A stretch of DNA of 64,000 bases from Caecitellus pseudoparvulus. Lineage: Eukaryota > Protista > Bigyra: Bicosoecida. This document shows, one piece after another, positions 34,187 to 46,218 of the stretch (positions within the stretch are counted from its first letter, which is position 1; every line of letters starts with the position of its first letter). The position numbers and the translations under genes were made by a program. The notes below the pieces were generated by a model, which was given only the letters and a program-made list of their open reading frames with translations, did not search any database and was not told where the DNA came from. The DNA lies in contig CBFFRQ010000044.1 of assembly GCA_965644315.1 (NCBI GenBank), forward strand, positions 310,001 to 374,000. Direction: 5' to 3'.

Positions 34187-36663
34187 TCACGCACTGCCCA
34201 TCAGCTGCCCTGTCACAACCACTCGCCCCTCGCGTAAGTCCGCCTCCATCTGCTGGGCGCGGAAGCTGAGCCGGTTGCCAAAGTACACGTCGGCCAGCCC
34301 AGGCACAGCCTGCACCGCTGCGAGGGCTTCCAAAGCTGCCGGTGTGTCTCCCGCCTGGGCGGCCTGCGCAGCTCGCTCAAAGTGGTAGAATGCGGGGCCC
34401 CAAAACGCGTGGCTGCTGGGTGAAACGCGACCCTCCTGCACCAGCTCTGCCACGGCGCCCAAGCAGCGCACCTGCTGCTCAGGCCGCTGCACCTCCCGCA
34501 GCGCAGCCGCTTGCACAAGCTGTGCAGCTGCCAGGTCTTCGTCTGCAAAGGCACACTGTGGCGGCTTGGCGCCAATGCCCAGGAACCCTGACGAGGCAGC
34601 CTTGTGTGCTGTGTGTGCAGGAATGTAAAGTGCCGCAACACGCCCCTGGCGGTGTGCCAGCCACCCCGTGGTCCACTGCAGGGCATACTGCACAAGGGGC
34701 GTGGAGGTGGGGAACGTGTTCCACAGGTACGCCAGCTCCAGCGCCGGGGAGAAGAGCAGAAAATCCGCGTGACCAGGAGTGTGCGTGGGTTGGCTGGTGC
34801 TGGCGGCGTCAGCCGTCGCCGCCGCTTCCGAGCCGCCGCTGGCGCCAGGCGCTGCTCCTGGCAGCGGGCTGGCACGTGCGACAGAGTTGGCATCCTCCCC
34901 ACTCAGCAGAGCGGCGATGACCCGTGCAATGTGCCGCACAGGGCCACCAGCGTGGGCGGCAGCGGTACCAGCAGAGGCACCGCCTTCACCGCTGCTCGCA
35001 CCAGTGGCAGGGCTCAAGGCCGTCTCCACATCGGGCCACTCGACGCTGGTCGCAGAGGCTGCTGGCAACTTGCTGCGGAGACCTGCGTAGGCTTCCCCAA
35101 AGCGCTCCGCGCGGGCCACTGCCCACGCTTCAAATTGCGGAGTGCGGCCGCCTTTCGTCGTGGCCAGGCCTGGCACTGTGGCGAAGACAGTCGCTGCGAA
35201 GTGCACATCCCCCGACTGCAGGGCAGCCGCCGCCTGGGCAAAGGCACAGAAGCACTTGGACCAGGAGGACTCTGCTGCCAACTTGCCGAAGAGCACGGTG
35301 GCGGTGCGGAAATCCACCTGCAGCAGCGCGCACCATGCCAGCTCGTACTCACACAGCGCACGCAGGGAGGTCCACTGGCTCTGCGCAGCGTGAGCACGTC
35401 TGTAGGCTGCCGCGGCCTCGTGCACCGCCCCCGCAGCCCGCAGCCACCGGCCCTGGTACCACTGAAAGACGGCTGATGCAGGGTACAGAGTCAAGCAGCG
35501 CTGCAGAATGCCGCCCGCTTCGACGAGCCCCTTGCCGTCCCCTCGCGTGTGGAACATGGCCATTGAAGTATGGAAGGACATGAGCAGGAAGGAGGCGAAG
35601 ATGGCGTTCATGCTGCCGGTGCCCAGCGCCAGGCGCAGGGATGCAAGGCCGTACTCGCGATCGCCACTGAAACCCCACCACTGCGCGACAGCTCGGCGTG
35701 AGGGCGGCAGCAGGGCCAGCAGCAGGTTGAACACGCCAGAGCCAAATGCGATGCCACCAGCCACGACTGGGTGCAGGTTGGGCAGGCGCTTCCGCAGTGC
35801 AGCGCCGATGGTGCAAGGGAACGTGCGTGGTGTTGCGGAGCTTTGGTGCGGTGGTGTTGGCGGTGCTGCACCTTCACTGGGCGGCTGCGGAGGGGGGGCA
35901 CCCGCTGCTTCAGACGGCAGGACACCGTACACAGCAGCCACGTCCCCTGTGAAGGGTGGCAGGGCGTCGCCCAACTCAGCCACCAGCGCCGGCGTCAGGC
36001 CTGCCGACTTAGCAAGGCCGTTGAACGAGTTGTACGCTGAGCGCAGCAGCATGGCACCAGACAACGCCTCGCTCCACGTGGGCTCCAAGAACATCAACAA
36101 GGCGGACAGCACGCTGGCCTGGGCTTCCACCTGCTGGTACAGCAGTTTCTCGTTGTCTGCCGCGCCGGCGCCAGCGACTGCCTTGCGCCCGTCAAACTTG
36201 GCTGCGCGTTCTCGAACCGCCTGGAAAGGGCGACGCGCTGGAGTGCAAACACGGCGGTGTCGCATGCAGTGCAGTTCAGCATGCCCTCGAGTCATTCATG
36301 AAGTGGGGGTGTGGAGTACGCAGCACCTGCCGCTGCCAACCCTTGCTTTGGCAGGCGGACTCACTTTCAGCTTCGCTTTGCCCTCTGCCAGATCGTCAGG
36401 CTCCTGTGTGAGAAAACCCCGGATGAAGGCGTAGAAGGCGTCCGCGAAGGCGCCCTGGATGCTGTGCATGCGCGTGTGGCGTGGTGGTGAGCTGCGGATT
36501 GTGCACGGCTTTGCACCTGCCAGCACGGCACACACCTGTGCTCCGCCAACACGCCCAGCTGCGCCCGGGCCTCGTCGAACTTGTTGGCAAACACATTTCC
36601 AAATGCGACGGCGGCTGACTCTGCCGCGTCGTGCATGAAATCGCGGTCTGCAGCGGCTGCCAT
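34187..36663 (-). CDS. TTC39/IML2-family TPR protein (two 5' introns)
   Basis: Motifs F.NKFDEA, FGSGVFNLLLALLPP...GFSGDREYGL, LYPASAVF, LCEYELAW, ESSWSK and C-terminal FGNRLSFR. Confidence 0.85.
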
Positions 36664-36813
36664 GCCGGCTGGTCTGGTGTTGGTGAGGCACACGAGGTGG
36701 GGCAGGGAAGTTGGTTGAGGGGCCAGGCGGAACAGCAGGCTTGGACAGCGACGAAGATGGTGCCGGAATCGTGTCCTTGTTGAATTGCACAGGGTAGTCC
36801 CCGCTCACCTCCT

Positions 36814-38052
36814 TCACGGTGCCGCAGCGCCCTCCTCAGAGTCACTGCCGCCACCACCAGACACCCCAGACAGCGTGTCTGTATCACTGCTGTCATCAGA
36901 CGCAGCTGCCTCGGCTGCCATGCGCTTCCCACGCTCAGCTGCTGCCTGAGCCGCTGCCGCCTTGGCTGTGGCTGTGGCAGCAGCACTGCCGCTCAACGCC
37001 AACTCGTCACTGCTCACACGGCTGTTGGAGCGGCGGTTGGCACGGGCAGGTCCACGAGCACCCCCCCCCTCACCCCCCTCCTCTTCTTCCTCTCCCTCGT
37101 ACGTCGTGTCACGCCGGCGGTGCAAGTACCACGCGTCATCGTCCACGTCATCGCCGGGCCCACGCAACTTCCCAGCACTTGCTGCCACAGGGCCCCCCTC
37201 CCCTGCGTCACCCCCCCTCTCCTCCAGGACCAGGGGCCCTCCCCGAAACGTCACACTGGCACCTCGCGCCTTCGGTTCAGGTGACGCGGGCGGTGACTCG
37301 CCCGCTGCACCCTGGGGGCTGGGCGGCGCCACATCGGGACTGCCGTCTCCATCCCCACCGCGGCCCCCGCCCAGCGTGATGGCAGGGGGATGGGGTGCCT
37401 CGGAGGATGCTGCCCGGCCCGTGGCGGGGGCGGGGTCCCCCAGGCTGCTGCTGGAGAAGCGGTACCCAGCCGCCAGTGCAGGACTGCCGCCGGCAGCTGG
37501 GGCAGAGGGGGGGGCCACGTGCAGGGCTCTTGCTCCCACGGCGTCCCCCTCACCGGGCTCTGAGACAGGGGGCGCTGCGCTCTCTGCAGCTGCCTGGGCG
37601 GCCTGTGCAGCCGGGCCTGGGTGGGGCGGCGGCAGGGCAGTGGAGGGGGGAGACGCCGAGCCCAGCTGCCCTGTGCTGTCAGCTGACAAGAGGGGGGTGC
37701 GCGAGTTCGCCAGGGTGGAGTGCTGGGGGTCGTGAGGGGGGGTCGCGGCAGCCTCCCCTCGTGCGCCAGGCGCCGGTGGCAGCGGGAACTGAGCCGGCGT
37801 GGCTTGAGACCGCAGGCGGTCCTGGCGCACACGGCAGAAGAAAATAATGCCACATGCAAGGACCATGAGGCCCACAAGTGCGCCTGTCAGGCCGAACGCC
37901 ACCTTCTCGCCCTCTCCCAGTGACAGACGCCGCCGCAGTGTCGGCGTGGCAGGTGGTGAGCCAACGCCGTCGCCCGGCTCCAAGGCGGAACCCGCCACGC
38001 TCCAGGCAGCGCCTGCCAGCAGCAGCATGCAAAAGGGCGCACATCTACGCAT
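36814..38052 (-). CDS. Type I single-pass membrane protein with long disordered cytoplasmic tail
   Basis: Signal peptide MRRCAPFCMLLLAGAAWSVAGS, a short ectodomain ending in LRRRL, TM VAFGLTGALVGLMVLACGIIFFC, then a basic stop-transfer sequence. Confidence 0.6.
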   Translation of the reverse strand: MRRCAPFCMLLLAGAAWSVAGSALEPGDGVGSPPATPTLRRRLSLGEGEKVAFGLTGALVGLMVLACGIIFFCRVRQDRLRSQATPAQFPLPPAPGARGEAAATPPHDPQHSTLANSRTPLLSADSTGQLGSASPPSTALPPPHPGPAAQAAQAAAESAAPPVSEPGEGDAVGARALHVAPPSAPAAGGSPALAAGYRFSSSSLGDPAPATGRAASSEAPHPPAITLGGGRGGDGDGSPDVAPPSPQGAAGESPPASPEPKARGASVTFRGGPLVLEERGGDAGEGGPVAASAGKLRGPGDDVDDDAWYLHRRRDTTYEGEEEEEGGEGGGARGPARANRRSNSRVSSDELALSGSAAATATAKAAAAQAAAERGKRMAAEAAASDDSSDTDTLSGVSGGGGSDSEEGAAAP

Positions 38053-38339
38053 TGTGTGTGCAGTGCTGGCCTCAATGTCCAGGCTGGCCAGCGCGAGAGG
38101 GCTGTGTCGCGGCCGATAGGACGGCCGTCGCCGCGACTGCCACACCACCCGCAGCCTCACCTTGTGGGGGGCTCCCTTTGGCGGGGCAGGGGCTTGCGAA
38201 GGGGGCGGACCACGGCACGAACTACCAGGCGGAATTTTTGTGCCAGTTTCGAACATTTGCATTCGCGGACGGTAGTTGAATTTGCCCGTGGCGCGCGGCA
38301 TGTGTGAGGCGAGAGCACGAGCAGCGTCAGTCCGCCGCC

Positions 38340-39758
38340 TTATGCGGCCGCGGCAGCGGCTGGGTTGTAACTCCACGCGACCACCTGCCCCTTCTCGTAG
38401 CAGGGGAAGAACACGGTCGCGTAGCCCTCTGCGTCGTACAGCACGCTCTGCCACCCAGCTGTGCCGTGGCATGAGCCGATTTGCGTGAGAGTGTAGTCCC
38501 ACGGGTCACTGGCGCCGGCGGACGGGGGTGTCAGGATGTACTGCCCCTCTGCGCCGTCACCAGCCACGGAGATGAGGGGGCGGGGGGAGGAGGAGCCCAC
38601 CGCTGCGTTGGTGGGGTGAAACGCAGCAGCACGCCCAGGCGACGCCTGGCCGATGCCTGGCAAGATGGTCTTGAACCCCACGAACAGGTCATGCCGTGTC
38701 CAGGCTGCAGGGTCTGTGAAGGCGCCCGGGCCCGAGGGCACCTCGTACGCGTACACGCCCGACAGAGATGCGTTGTTGACGTGGTTCGTGACGAGCACCT
38801 CCGTCTTGCCGTCGCCGTCCAGGTCCACGTGCTCCAGGGCAAAAGCAGTGCCGATGGATGCATCCACCACGGTCTTCACCACGGTCGCAGGCGTGACGCC
38901 CGCCCAGCAAGCCATGCTGCCGCCTGCCGGCTCTGCTGTCGTGGTGGTGAAGGCGGGGCCGCCGCGAAGGCGCTGTCCCTGCGCAGAGCCAGGCGCGCCG
39001 GCCTGGCCAACTGACAACACTGCGAAGCCCGGGCCCCCGAAGAAGTCCGCGAAGGTGATTTCTTCACAGCCATCGCCGTCCAAGTCCTCGGTCTGGAAGA
39101 ACACGCCCGGGGAGTGTGTTCCGTTCGCGATGACGTGTTCCGTCCAGGGCCCTGAAGTGGTGGGGTTGCTTGCCGGCTGCTCCAGCCACAGCATCTCAGC
39201 TGCCTCGGCGCCGATGAGGGGCTTGGTGGCACGCGCCGTCAGGATGTCCAGGCGCCCGTCCCCATTCATATCGCGCAGCAGCGTGTGGTGGTAGAACCAG
39301 CCGCCCAGCCAGTTGCCCTTGGGCGCTGTCAGCGTCACGGTGCGCTGCAGGCTCCAGTCCGCGTTCAGCTGCAGCAAGCGCACGGCACCCTGTGACTTGC
39401 CTGGCACCAGGAAGCCATCTCCCAGCAGCAGGGCTGGTTGCGGGCCAATAGCGCCAGGGGGCACGCTGGTGACGGTGTTTGGCCAGGTGAGGTTGGAGGT
39501 GATGGTGGTGGCGTGCACCGAGGCGGGGAAGGGCGTGGATGTCAAGTTCCGCACAATGGTGAGGGCGCCTTTCTCAAAAGGGTCCCCTGTGAAGGACGTC
39601 ACCACCATGTGTGGCCCTGGCTCCGTGCCTGGCAACGAGTGCAATGACGTGAAGGCTGCGTTGGCCACGCTGAAGTTGCCCAAATTCACTGGGACCTGGG
39701 ACGCGCTGCTTGCCGCGACAGATGCCGCTAGAAGAAGTACTGACGCAGAGGTTCGCAT
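38340..39758 (-). CDS. Secreted FG-GAP/VCBS-repeat beta-propeller protein
   Basis: Signal peptide plus DxDGDG Ca-binding loops DMNGDGRLD, DLDGDGCEE and DLDGDGKTE. Confidence 0.8.
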   Translation of the reverse strand: MRTSASVLLLAASVAASSASQVPVNLGNFSVANAAFTSLHSLPGTEPGPHMVVTSFTGDPFEKGALTIVRNLTSTPFPASVHATTITSNLTWPNTVTSVPPGAIGPQPALLLGDGFLVPGKSQGAVRLLQLNADWSLQRTVTLTAPKGNWLGGWFYHHTLLRDMNGDGRLDILTARATKPLIGAEAAEMLWLEQPASNPTTSGPWTEHVIANGTHSPGVFFQTEDLDGDGCEEITFADFFGGPGFAVLSVGQAGAPGSAQGQRLRGGPAFTTTTAEPAGGSMACWAGVTPATVVKTVVDASIGTAFALEHVDLDGDGKTEVLVTNHVNNASLSGVYAYEVPSGPGAFTDPAAWTRHDLFVGFKTILPGIGQASPGRAAAFHPTNAAVGSSSPRPLISVAGDGAEGQYILTPPSAGASDPWDYTLTQIGSCHGTAGWQSVLYDAEGYATVFFPCYEKGQVVAWSYNPAAAAAA

Positions 39759-40034
39759 GGTGCAGGGTGCTGTGACGGCTGGGGGGGAGTGTGGAGCCGG
39801 CAGCGGGTGCGTGCGGAAATTGAATGCACTCCTCGCTGGCACAGTGTGACGTGGTGCTTTGGCACAGCGCGGACAGGGGGCCGGGCGCTGTCTAGTGCTG
39901 GGTGTGTGCTGGAAGATGTGACGTCAGGCATGGCTGTAGCCATGTGCCGCACGTCTCCATGTTGGTGTAGTTTTGAGTGTGCGGGTGTGCTGCCTTGCTT
40001 GCTCCTGGTCGTAGCTGAAGATTCCGCAGTGCAT

Positions 40035-42113
40035 TCACGCAGCAAGCACACCAGCCGGCACACCGAGCCAGACATGCGCCAGCCCTTTTCCTCGCATCAA
40101 ATCCGCCAGCTCCCGATTGTCCACAGCAGTGCGCGGCGCTTGCAGCGTCCCGCCTGCCTTGGCACAGGCAGCCGCCCACTGCGACGGCACGTTGTGCTCT
40201 GCCTGCGCCCTTCTCCCCGCCGAGCTTGCCGTGGAGGGCGCAGGGACGAGGAACCAGCCCATGTTCCCTGGCGCTGCGCTGGCCCCTGCACAGGCGAGTG
40301 GGATGCCGTGCTCCGAGCAGGGCAGCGTCACCCAGCGCCCGATGGCGGCGGCCGCATCCCACACTGCACCGTGAGACAGGGGGGGCAGAGGCACCGTGGC
40401 GGCCATGGCAGGGCAGGCAGACGTATTACGCGGCTCAAAGGGCGCCCAGGACCACACCGCCGCCGCCGCCAGGTCAGGGCTGACAAGGTCCGCCTTGGCC
40501 ACAGACACGCCACACGCGGCAGCAGTGGCCAGGTTGGGCGGGCCAAGCAGCCCGTAGTCAGCGGGGCCCTTGTAAAAGGGCGGCAGGTTCATGCTCTCAC
40601 CGTCCAGCAGGCGCCAGGAGCCAGGGAACGGCCCACCCGAGCCTGACCCGCACGCCGGGTACGCCTGCAGGTGCGGCAAGGTGTTGGCGGTCCACCCAGG
40701 CCAGGTGGGGTCCAGGAACACGGATCCCGTGGCAAGTGTTCCTCCTGATCGCGCCATGACCTGGGGTCGCACTGCAGACCCGTTGAAGCTGCGCACTCCC
40801 CGCATGGCAGCGGGGGATGGCCAGGAGCCGTTGAACAGCTGCGTCTGCATGGCAGGTGTCAGCAGGCGGGGTCCCAGGGCAGCCTGCAACGCATCATGCA
40901 CGGCCTGCTCCCGCCCCAGCAGCTGGTGCTCTGAGAAGTCGTTGAGACTCAAGAGGAGCGTCGCGTTGGGGTGCTGGTCCACCCACTGCCCCACCTGGGT
41001 CAACGCAGCCGTTAGTGGCGCGTCATGGGGAGTGCAGCCGATGTCCCAAGCTGAGAAGGTGGTGTTCCAGTGCAAGGCGCGCTCGATGGCTGCGATGATG
41101 TCTTGCAGGCCTGGGATGTCGCCTGCGCCGCCGGCGTGGCAGACGCGCACCTCGCCGAAGACGAACCAGGGATCGAACATGACCCCCCGCACACCCATGT
41201 TCAGCTGGTCGGGCACTGCGAAGGACTGCTGGTTCCACACCCACTGCGCCGAGCCGTTGGTGGCTGCGGCGATGGCGTCGTGCAGGGCACGGAAGAAGGC
41301 CACCTCCCCCGCCCACACGTCTGGCGCTGCGTTGAAGGAGTTGTGACTCGTCAGCCACTGCACCCACGGCAGCGGCAGGGAGTCTTGCAGTAGGCGCTGC
41401 GAGCTCAGCGCACGGCTGGCCCAGGCCCTGTAAGGCGTGCTTGAGACGTTCACCGTGCCTGCCTCGCACAGCCCCCATGCGTCCAGAGTGCAGGGCGTTT
41501 CGGCACCGGTTGCCAGGAGCCAGGGCAACAAGCCAGCGCCAATGTCCAGTTCGTCGCCGGCAGAGGGGGCTTGACTGCCCCTCGCACGTCTGAAAGCTGC
41601 TTTTCGCATGTGCATGGAAGTGGAATAGCTTCTCGTCGCCTCTTGTGCTGCCAGTTGCTCAGCGTGTGTGGGCCGCACCGCTTGCACTGCAGTGCCGTGA
41701 TTCTGGTGCAGTGCAGCACAGGGCGCCGACGTTGCCCGCCGCACCATGCAGTGCAGAGTGGTTTCTGAGGGAAAGGCGATGTCGGCAGGCGTTGAAACGT
41801 GCCATGCCCGCACAGCCACACCACCCTGCACGCTCCTGACTGCCCCCGACAGCCTGCACACCGCCTTGCGTTGCGCAGCGCCCAGTCGCCCTGGCACCTC
41901 ACGGCACTCCCGCGATAGAGGGCGTTGTAGCCAGACGTGCTGCTCTGGCGGGCGCCCAGCATTGTGAGCTGCCAGGACAGACATCCACAATGGCCAGCTG
42001 CGCACGGCCTCGGCCAGGGCCTGGGCGTGGTCATCTTGCTCGCCCGTTGCCAAGGCCAGCCACGCTGCGAAGCCGAGCAGCAACGCCACTGCCCTGTGAC
42101 CCGCCATTGCCAT
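40035..42113 (-). CDS. Secreted PI-PLC-like phosphodiesterase (PLC X-domain TIM barrel) with Cys-rich C-terminal domain
   Basis: Signal peptide; LTSHNSFN, NQQ...DQLNMGVRGVMFD, VCH; then a WSWAPFEP...C...GRW...C...AC C-terminal module. Confidence 0.75.
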   Translation of the reverse strand: MAMAGHRAVALLLGFAAWLALATGEQDDHAQALAEAVRSWPLWMSVLAAHNAGRPPEQHVWLQRPLSRECREVPGRLGAAQRKAVCRLSGAVRSVQGGVAVRAWHVSTPADIAFPSETTLHCMVRRATSAPCAALHQNHGTAVQAVRPTHAEQLAAQEATRSYSTSMHMRKAAFRRARGSQAPSAGDELDIGAGLLPWLLATGAETPCTLDAWGLCEAGTVNVSSTPYRAWASRALSSQRLLQDSLPLPWVQWLTSHNSFNAAPDVWAGEVAFFRALHDAIAAATNGSAQWVWNQQSFAVPDQLNMGVRGVMFDPWFVFGEVRVCHAGGAGDIPGLQDIIAAIERALHWNTTFSAWDIGCTPHDAPLTAALTQVGQWVDQHPNATLLLSLNDFSEHQLLGREQAVHDALQAALGPRLLTPAMQTQLFNGSWPSPAAMRGVRSFNGSAVRPQVMARSGGTLATGSVFLDPTWPGWTANTLPHLQAYPACGSGSGGPFPGSWRLLDGESMNLPPFYKGPADYGLLGPPNLATAAACGVSVAKADLVSPDLAAAAVWSWAPFEPRNTSACPAMAATVPLPPLSHGAVWDAAAAIGRWVTLPCSEHGIPLACAGASAAPGNMGWFLVPAPSTASSAGRRAQAEHNVPSQWAAACAKAGGTLQAPRTAVDNRELADLMRGKGLAHVWLGVPAGVLAA

Positions 42114-42393
42114 GGTGGCAGGGTGTATACGAACAGTGCGGGGCAGAAAGGGGCGGCCAGAGACGTCCCAGAAGCTCGCGCGTGTCGGACAGGCGTCCTG
42201 AAATTGCGATGCCACCACAAGGTGCCTGACACTAGGCAGCGCTGCCAGCTTCGTCTGGCAGTTCGGACGGCCCGGGAACGCACAACCGGTCACCAGGCAC
42301 TTTCACAAAGACGACAGCAACCGTAACAGGACCACACGAACGGTCCGGAGCGAGTTTCCAAGTTTGCTGAGACAGCCCACCCCCTCTCCCACC

Positions 42394-43891
42394 ATGGGCG
42401 CAGTGGCTTCCCGGGCAGCGCCAGGTGCCGCTTGCGCTGCAAAAGCTGTCTTGCCGGCCATGGCTGGCGCAGCTGCCATGACGTGGCTGCCTGCTGTGCA
42501 GTGTGCTCCCAGCATGGATGCAGTACGTGGTGCCGTGGCGCTAGCAGTGCTTGCACTTGCACAGAGCGCGCGTGGGTGCCTGCACAGGCGTTGGCTGATG
42601 TGGATGCGGATTTAGAAGAGGACGGCGAGGGCTGGGAGGGAGGCATTGAAATCCTGGACTACGCCGAAATGGCGGCGGAGAAGACCATCTCAGTGAACCA
42701 CACGGAAGGTCTCACTGCCATCGTCAGCGTGCCCTTCACTCGGCTGGAGGACTTGGACGCTGTGGCCACGACACGGCCCAACTTCCTCCTGCAGCACCTG
42801 TGAGTGCGGAATACGAGGGGGACTGCGGACGCAAAGTCTGCACACGTGCGCCCTTCCCACTGCACAGGATGATGCTGGGGGGCCCCAATGGCAGCCAACT
42901 GCAGTCCACCATCATCAACCAGCTGGATGAGAAGCATGTGCGTCGTGTGGCGCCGAGCCGCTGCCACCCTCGCCTGCCTGCACTGGCTTCTGCGCACCCG
43001 CCCAGGCCATCACCCTCACGGCCATTTCACACGGGCCCGGCACGCTCATGTTCCTGCCCAACATCTCCTACCCCATCCTGGACGGCGTCACTGCCAAGTA
43101 CCAGTGCTTCGTGCGTGTCCCAGCAGCAGCCTGCACAGCGTGAGCGACAGCTCGCACACTGCGCCCTGCCCCTCCTCCCCCTCAGTTCGCGAACACAAGC
43201 GGAACACCGGGCATCGACGCAGGGCAGTTGTCCCTCAGCACCAAGGGCTCGGACTACGCTCTGGAGGCCACTGCCACGCGGGGTGATCGCATGGGGGGTG
43301 ATGCGTTCAAGGTGACGTACTTCCAATCCGTCGCACGTGCGCTGGCCCTGGGCGGAACACTGAACATGCAGGTGGCGAAAGGCTCCTGGGCGGCGCCAGA
43401 GGCCGTGTCTTGGGGCCTGAACGGGGCCTGGCAGAGCGCTGACATGTCCCACGCAGTGCTGGGAGAGTACGATTCCGCACAGAACGAAGTCATGGCCGCG
43501 TGAGTGCGCTCGCCGGGAGCACCCCAAACCGGCACGGTCAAACACCACAATGACGTCTTTCATGCGCAGGTACCACCGGCAAGTCACCGAGAAGCTGCGC
43601 ATGAGCGCCAAGTGGACGCGTTCTGAGGCGCAGGGTGACGTCGTTTCATTCGCGGCAACGCAGCCTCTGCGCATCGAGCGCATGCTGGGCAACGCGCCCT
43701 ACACCACCGTCACGGGGCAGGTGGACGTGCACGGCCTGGCTGCGTCCCTTTCCGCCAAACCTCACGCCATTATCAAGGCCAGTGTGGATCACATGACGCT
43801 GCAGGGCATGGGGGCGTTTGCGCTCAGCGCAACCTTCGACGCACACCGCAAGGAGTACTCATTCGGAACACAGTTCCGCCTCAGTGCTTGA
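42394..43891 (+). CDS. TOM40: Divergent Tom40 (Porin_3 family) mitochondrial import channel, ~5 introns
   Basis: Alternating beta-strand pattern, YFQSVARALALGG, YHRQVTEKL, and C-terminal beta-signal D...KEYSFGTQF. Exons join through GT-AG introns (e.g. 42800-42867, 43500-43570). Confidence 0.7.
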
Positions 43892-44007
43892 AGAACACGC
43901 GGTGCATTGGGTGGGTGGCGTGCTGCGCCGGGCGGGGCAGGCCGCTGTGCAGCCGGCAGCGAGTCACACTCACCGCGCTGCGGTGCATCGACAGCCGCAG
44001 TGCAGCG

Positions 44008-44474
44008 TCAGGGCCACAGCAGGGCCAGCCAGCCGAAGATCATGCAGTAGCCACCGTAGGGAGCCAGCTTGCCCACCGCCCTGTCCCCTGCCAGGGCGAC
44101 GGCGTAGCACGAGCCAGAGAACAATGCAACGCCGACAGACATGAGGCCGATGCCGATGGCACGGCTTTGCACTGGCCAGTTGGGGGATGACGCCAGTGCC
44201 ACGGCATGCAACAGCTGATACAGCACTGCAGTCTTCCAGATCTCAATGAATTCCTGTCGCGCGGGAGCGAGGGGGAGGGCGGTGCAGAGCGGCGTGGTGA
44301 GGTCGGACACAAAATCCGCACCTGCGGCGTGCCGCCCACCAGGTCCTCCCGTTTGGCAAGGATCTTGGGCAAGGCATGGGAACCAAAGGCACCCAGGAGG
44401 ATGCCCGACGCGCCCAGCACGCCTGCAATTTGCAGCCCACTGGGGGCGGACTTCAGCAGTCCAGACCACGACAT
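44008..44474 (-). CDS. TMEM256: DUF423/TMEM256 small membrane protein; intron 44254-44321
   Basis: Motifs GAFGSH, WKTAVLYQLLH, LFSGSCY and APYGG...GW. Confidence 0.9.
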
Positions 44475-44777
44475 TGCACAGTGACGCAGCAGCGGAGGAC
44501 GGCAGGGAGGTGCAAAGGGGCCAGTCACTGGGGACCCTGCAAGCATGAAAAGGGCGTGTTGGCGTGGTGAAGAGTGCACTGGGTTTTGTTCCAGCCATGG
44601 GGTGGCGCGCAGTGCAGGTGTGCAGACGTGGCAGTGTTTCGCCGTGTCAATTACCGCAGCAGGCACTCGCCGCCGACACAATTCACTGCAGCAGCGCTCG
44701 CCTTCCACCTGCCCGCGCCCTCCTGTGCACGTCTACACTGACCTGCTTTGGCTGCCGCCTTCCGCCCTCCCTTCGTC

Positions 44778-46120
44778 ATGCTGGCTGCTGTTGCTCGGGC
44801 CCACGGCGCCACCGCAAGAGTGGCTGCCAGCTGCCTTCGTTCTGTGTCCACGGCGCCGTCACTGGCAGGCGGCAAGGGTAGCTCTGGGGGCAGCGGGCTG
44901 CCCCAAGCTGGATCGTACCCTGGTGAAATGGGTGCCGCCTTTTCCAACAGCAACCCTCGCGTGCTCGTGACAGGTGCGTGCCTGGCGCGAGCGTAAGCTC
45001 CAGGTGCACTGCACTTGGCTGCAACCCTGACACGGCAGCGTGCTGAGCCGTCGACCTGGGTGCAGGGGGCTGGCATGGCACCCGCCCCTGCACATGCAGG
45101 AGTCACTTCAACCTCAGCCGGTCGCCTCTGCTGTGCACCACGCTCGTCCTGACGCCGTGCACAGGTGCTTCTGGGCAGGTGGGTATGGAGCTGGTGCCGT
45201 ACCTGCGTGAGCGGCTGGGGACAGAAAACGTCATCTCCAGCGACATCAAGGCCATTCGCGACGTGGGCAGCGCCGGCACGCGTGCCTCTGAGGGCCCCTT
45301 CGTGTACTGTGACGTGACCAGTGCTGACATGGTGTCACGGGTGGTGCTTGAGAATCAGGTGGACATCGTCGTGCACCTTGCGTCACTGCTGAGCGCCATT
45401 GGAGAGCAGAACCCGCAACTGGCGGTGAAGGTGAACACACGCGGAACAGAGAACGTCCTGGAAGCCGCCCACCACAACAACCTCACGGTGTTCATCCCCA
45501 GCACCATTGGCGCGTTCGGCCCCAGCACGCCTCGTGATGCAACGCCAGACCTGACTGTGCAGCGGCCCACCACCGTGTACGGTATCAGCAAGGTGTACGC
45601 AGAGCTGATGGGGGAGTACTACCACCGCCGGTATGGCGTGGATTTCCGTTCTCTGCGGTACCCGGGCATCATCTCCAGCAAGACGCTGCCAGGTGGCGGC
45701 ACGACTGACTACGCCGTGGAGATCTTCTACGCAGCGTTGCAGAAGGGTCGGTACACGTGTTTCCTGCGGGAAGACACTGCCCTGCCCATGATGTACATGC
45801 CAGACTGCATTGAAGGCACTGCTTCCTTCCTGCTGGCCCGGCAGGAGCTGCTGAAGCAGCGCACGTACAACATGACTGCGCTCAGCTTCACGCCTGCGGA
45901 AATGGCAGAGTCCATCCGCAAGTTCATCCCAGGCTTCACCATCGACTATGCGCCGGACTTCAGGCAGTCCATCGCCGACACTTGGCCGCGCAGCCTGGAC
46001 GACCACCGTGCCCGCGAAGATTGGGGGTGGCAGCACAAGTTTGACCTGGATCGCATGACGGAAGACATGCTCACTGCGCTGGAAGCCAAGTTGAAGAGCA
46101 GTGCCGCAGGAGCCGAGTGA
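44778..46120 (+). CDS. TDH: Mitochondrial L-threonine 3-dehydrogenase (extended SDR); intron 44974-45164
   Basis: Presequence, [36 protein letters not shown] and [10 protein letters not shown]. Confidence 0.95.
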
Positions 46121-46218
46121 GGGGCTCACCAACCGGGAATGCATTAGATTTCATACACTAGACAGCCCACTCACCGTCCACCCCACGACGGGTGTGCTTA
46201 TACCCCCCGCCCCTCGGC

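Noticed and set aside
37920-37945. LRRRL as an RxLR effector motif
   Set aside because: It does not match RxLR-dEER, and the protein is membrane-anchored.
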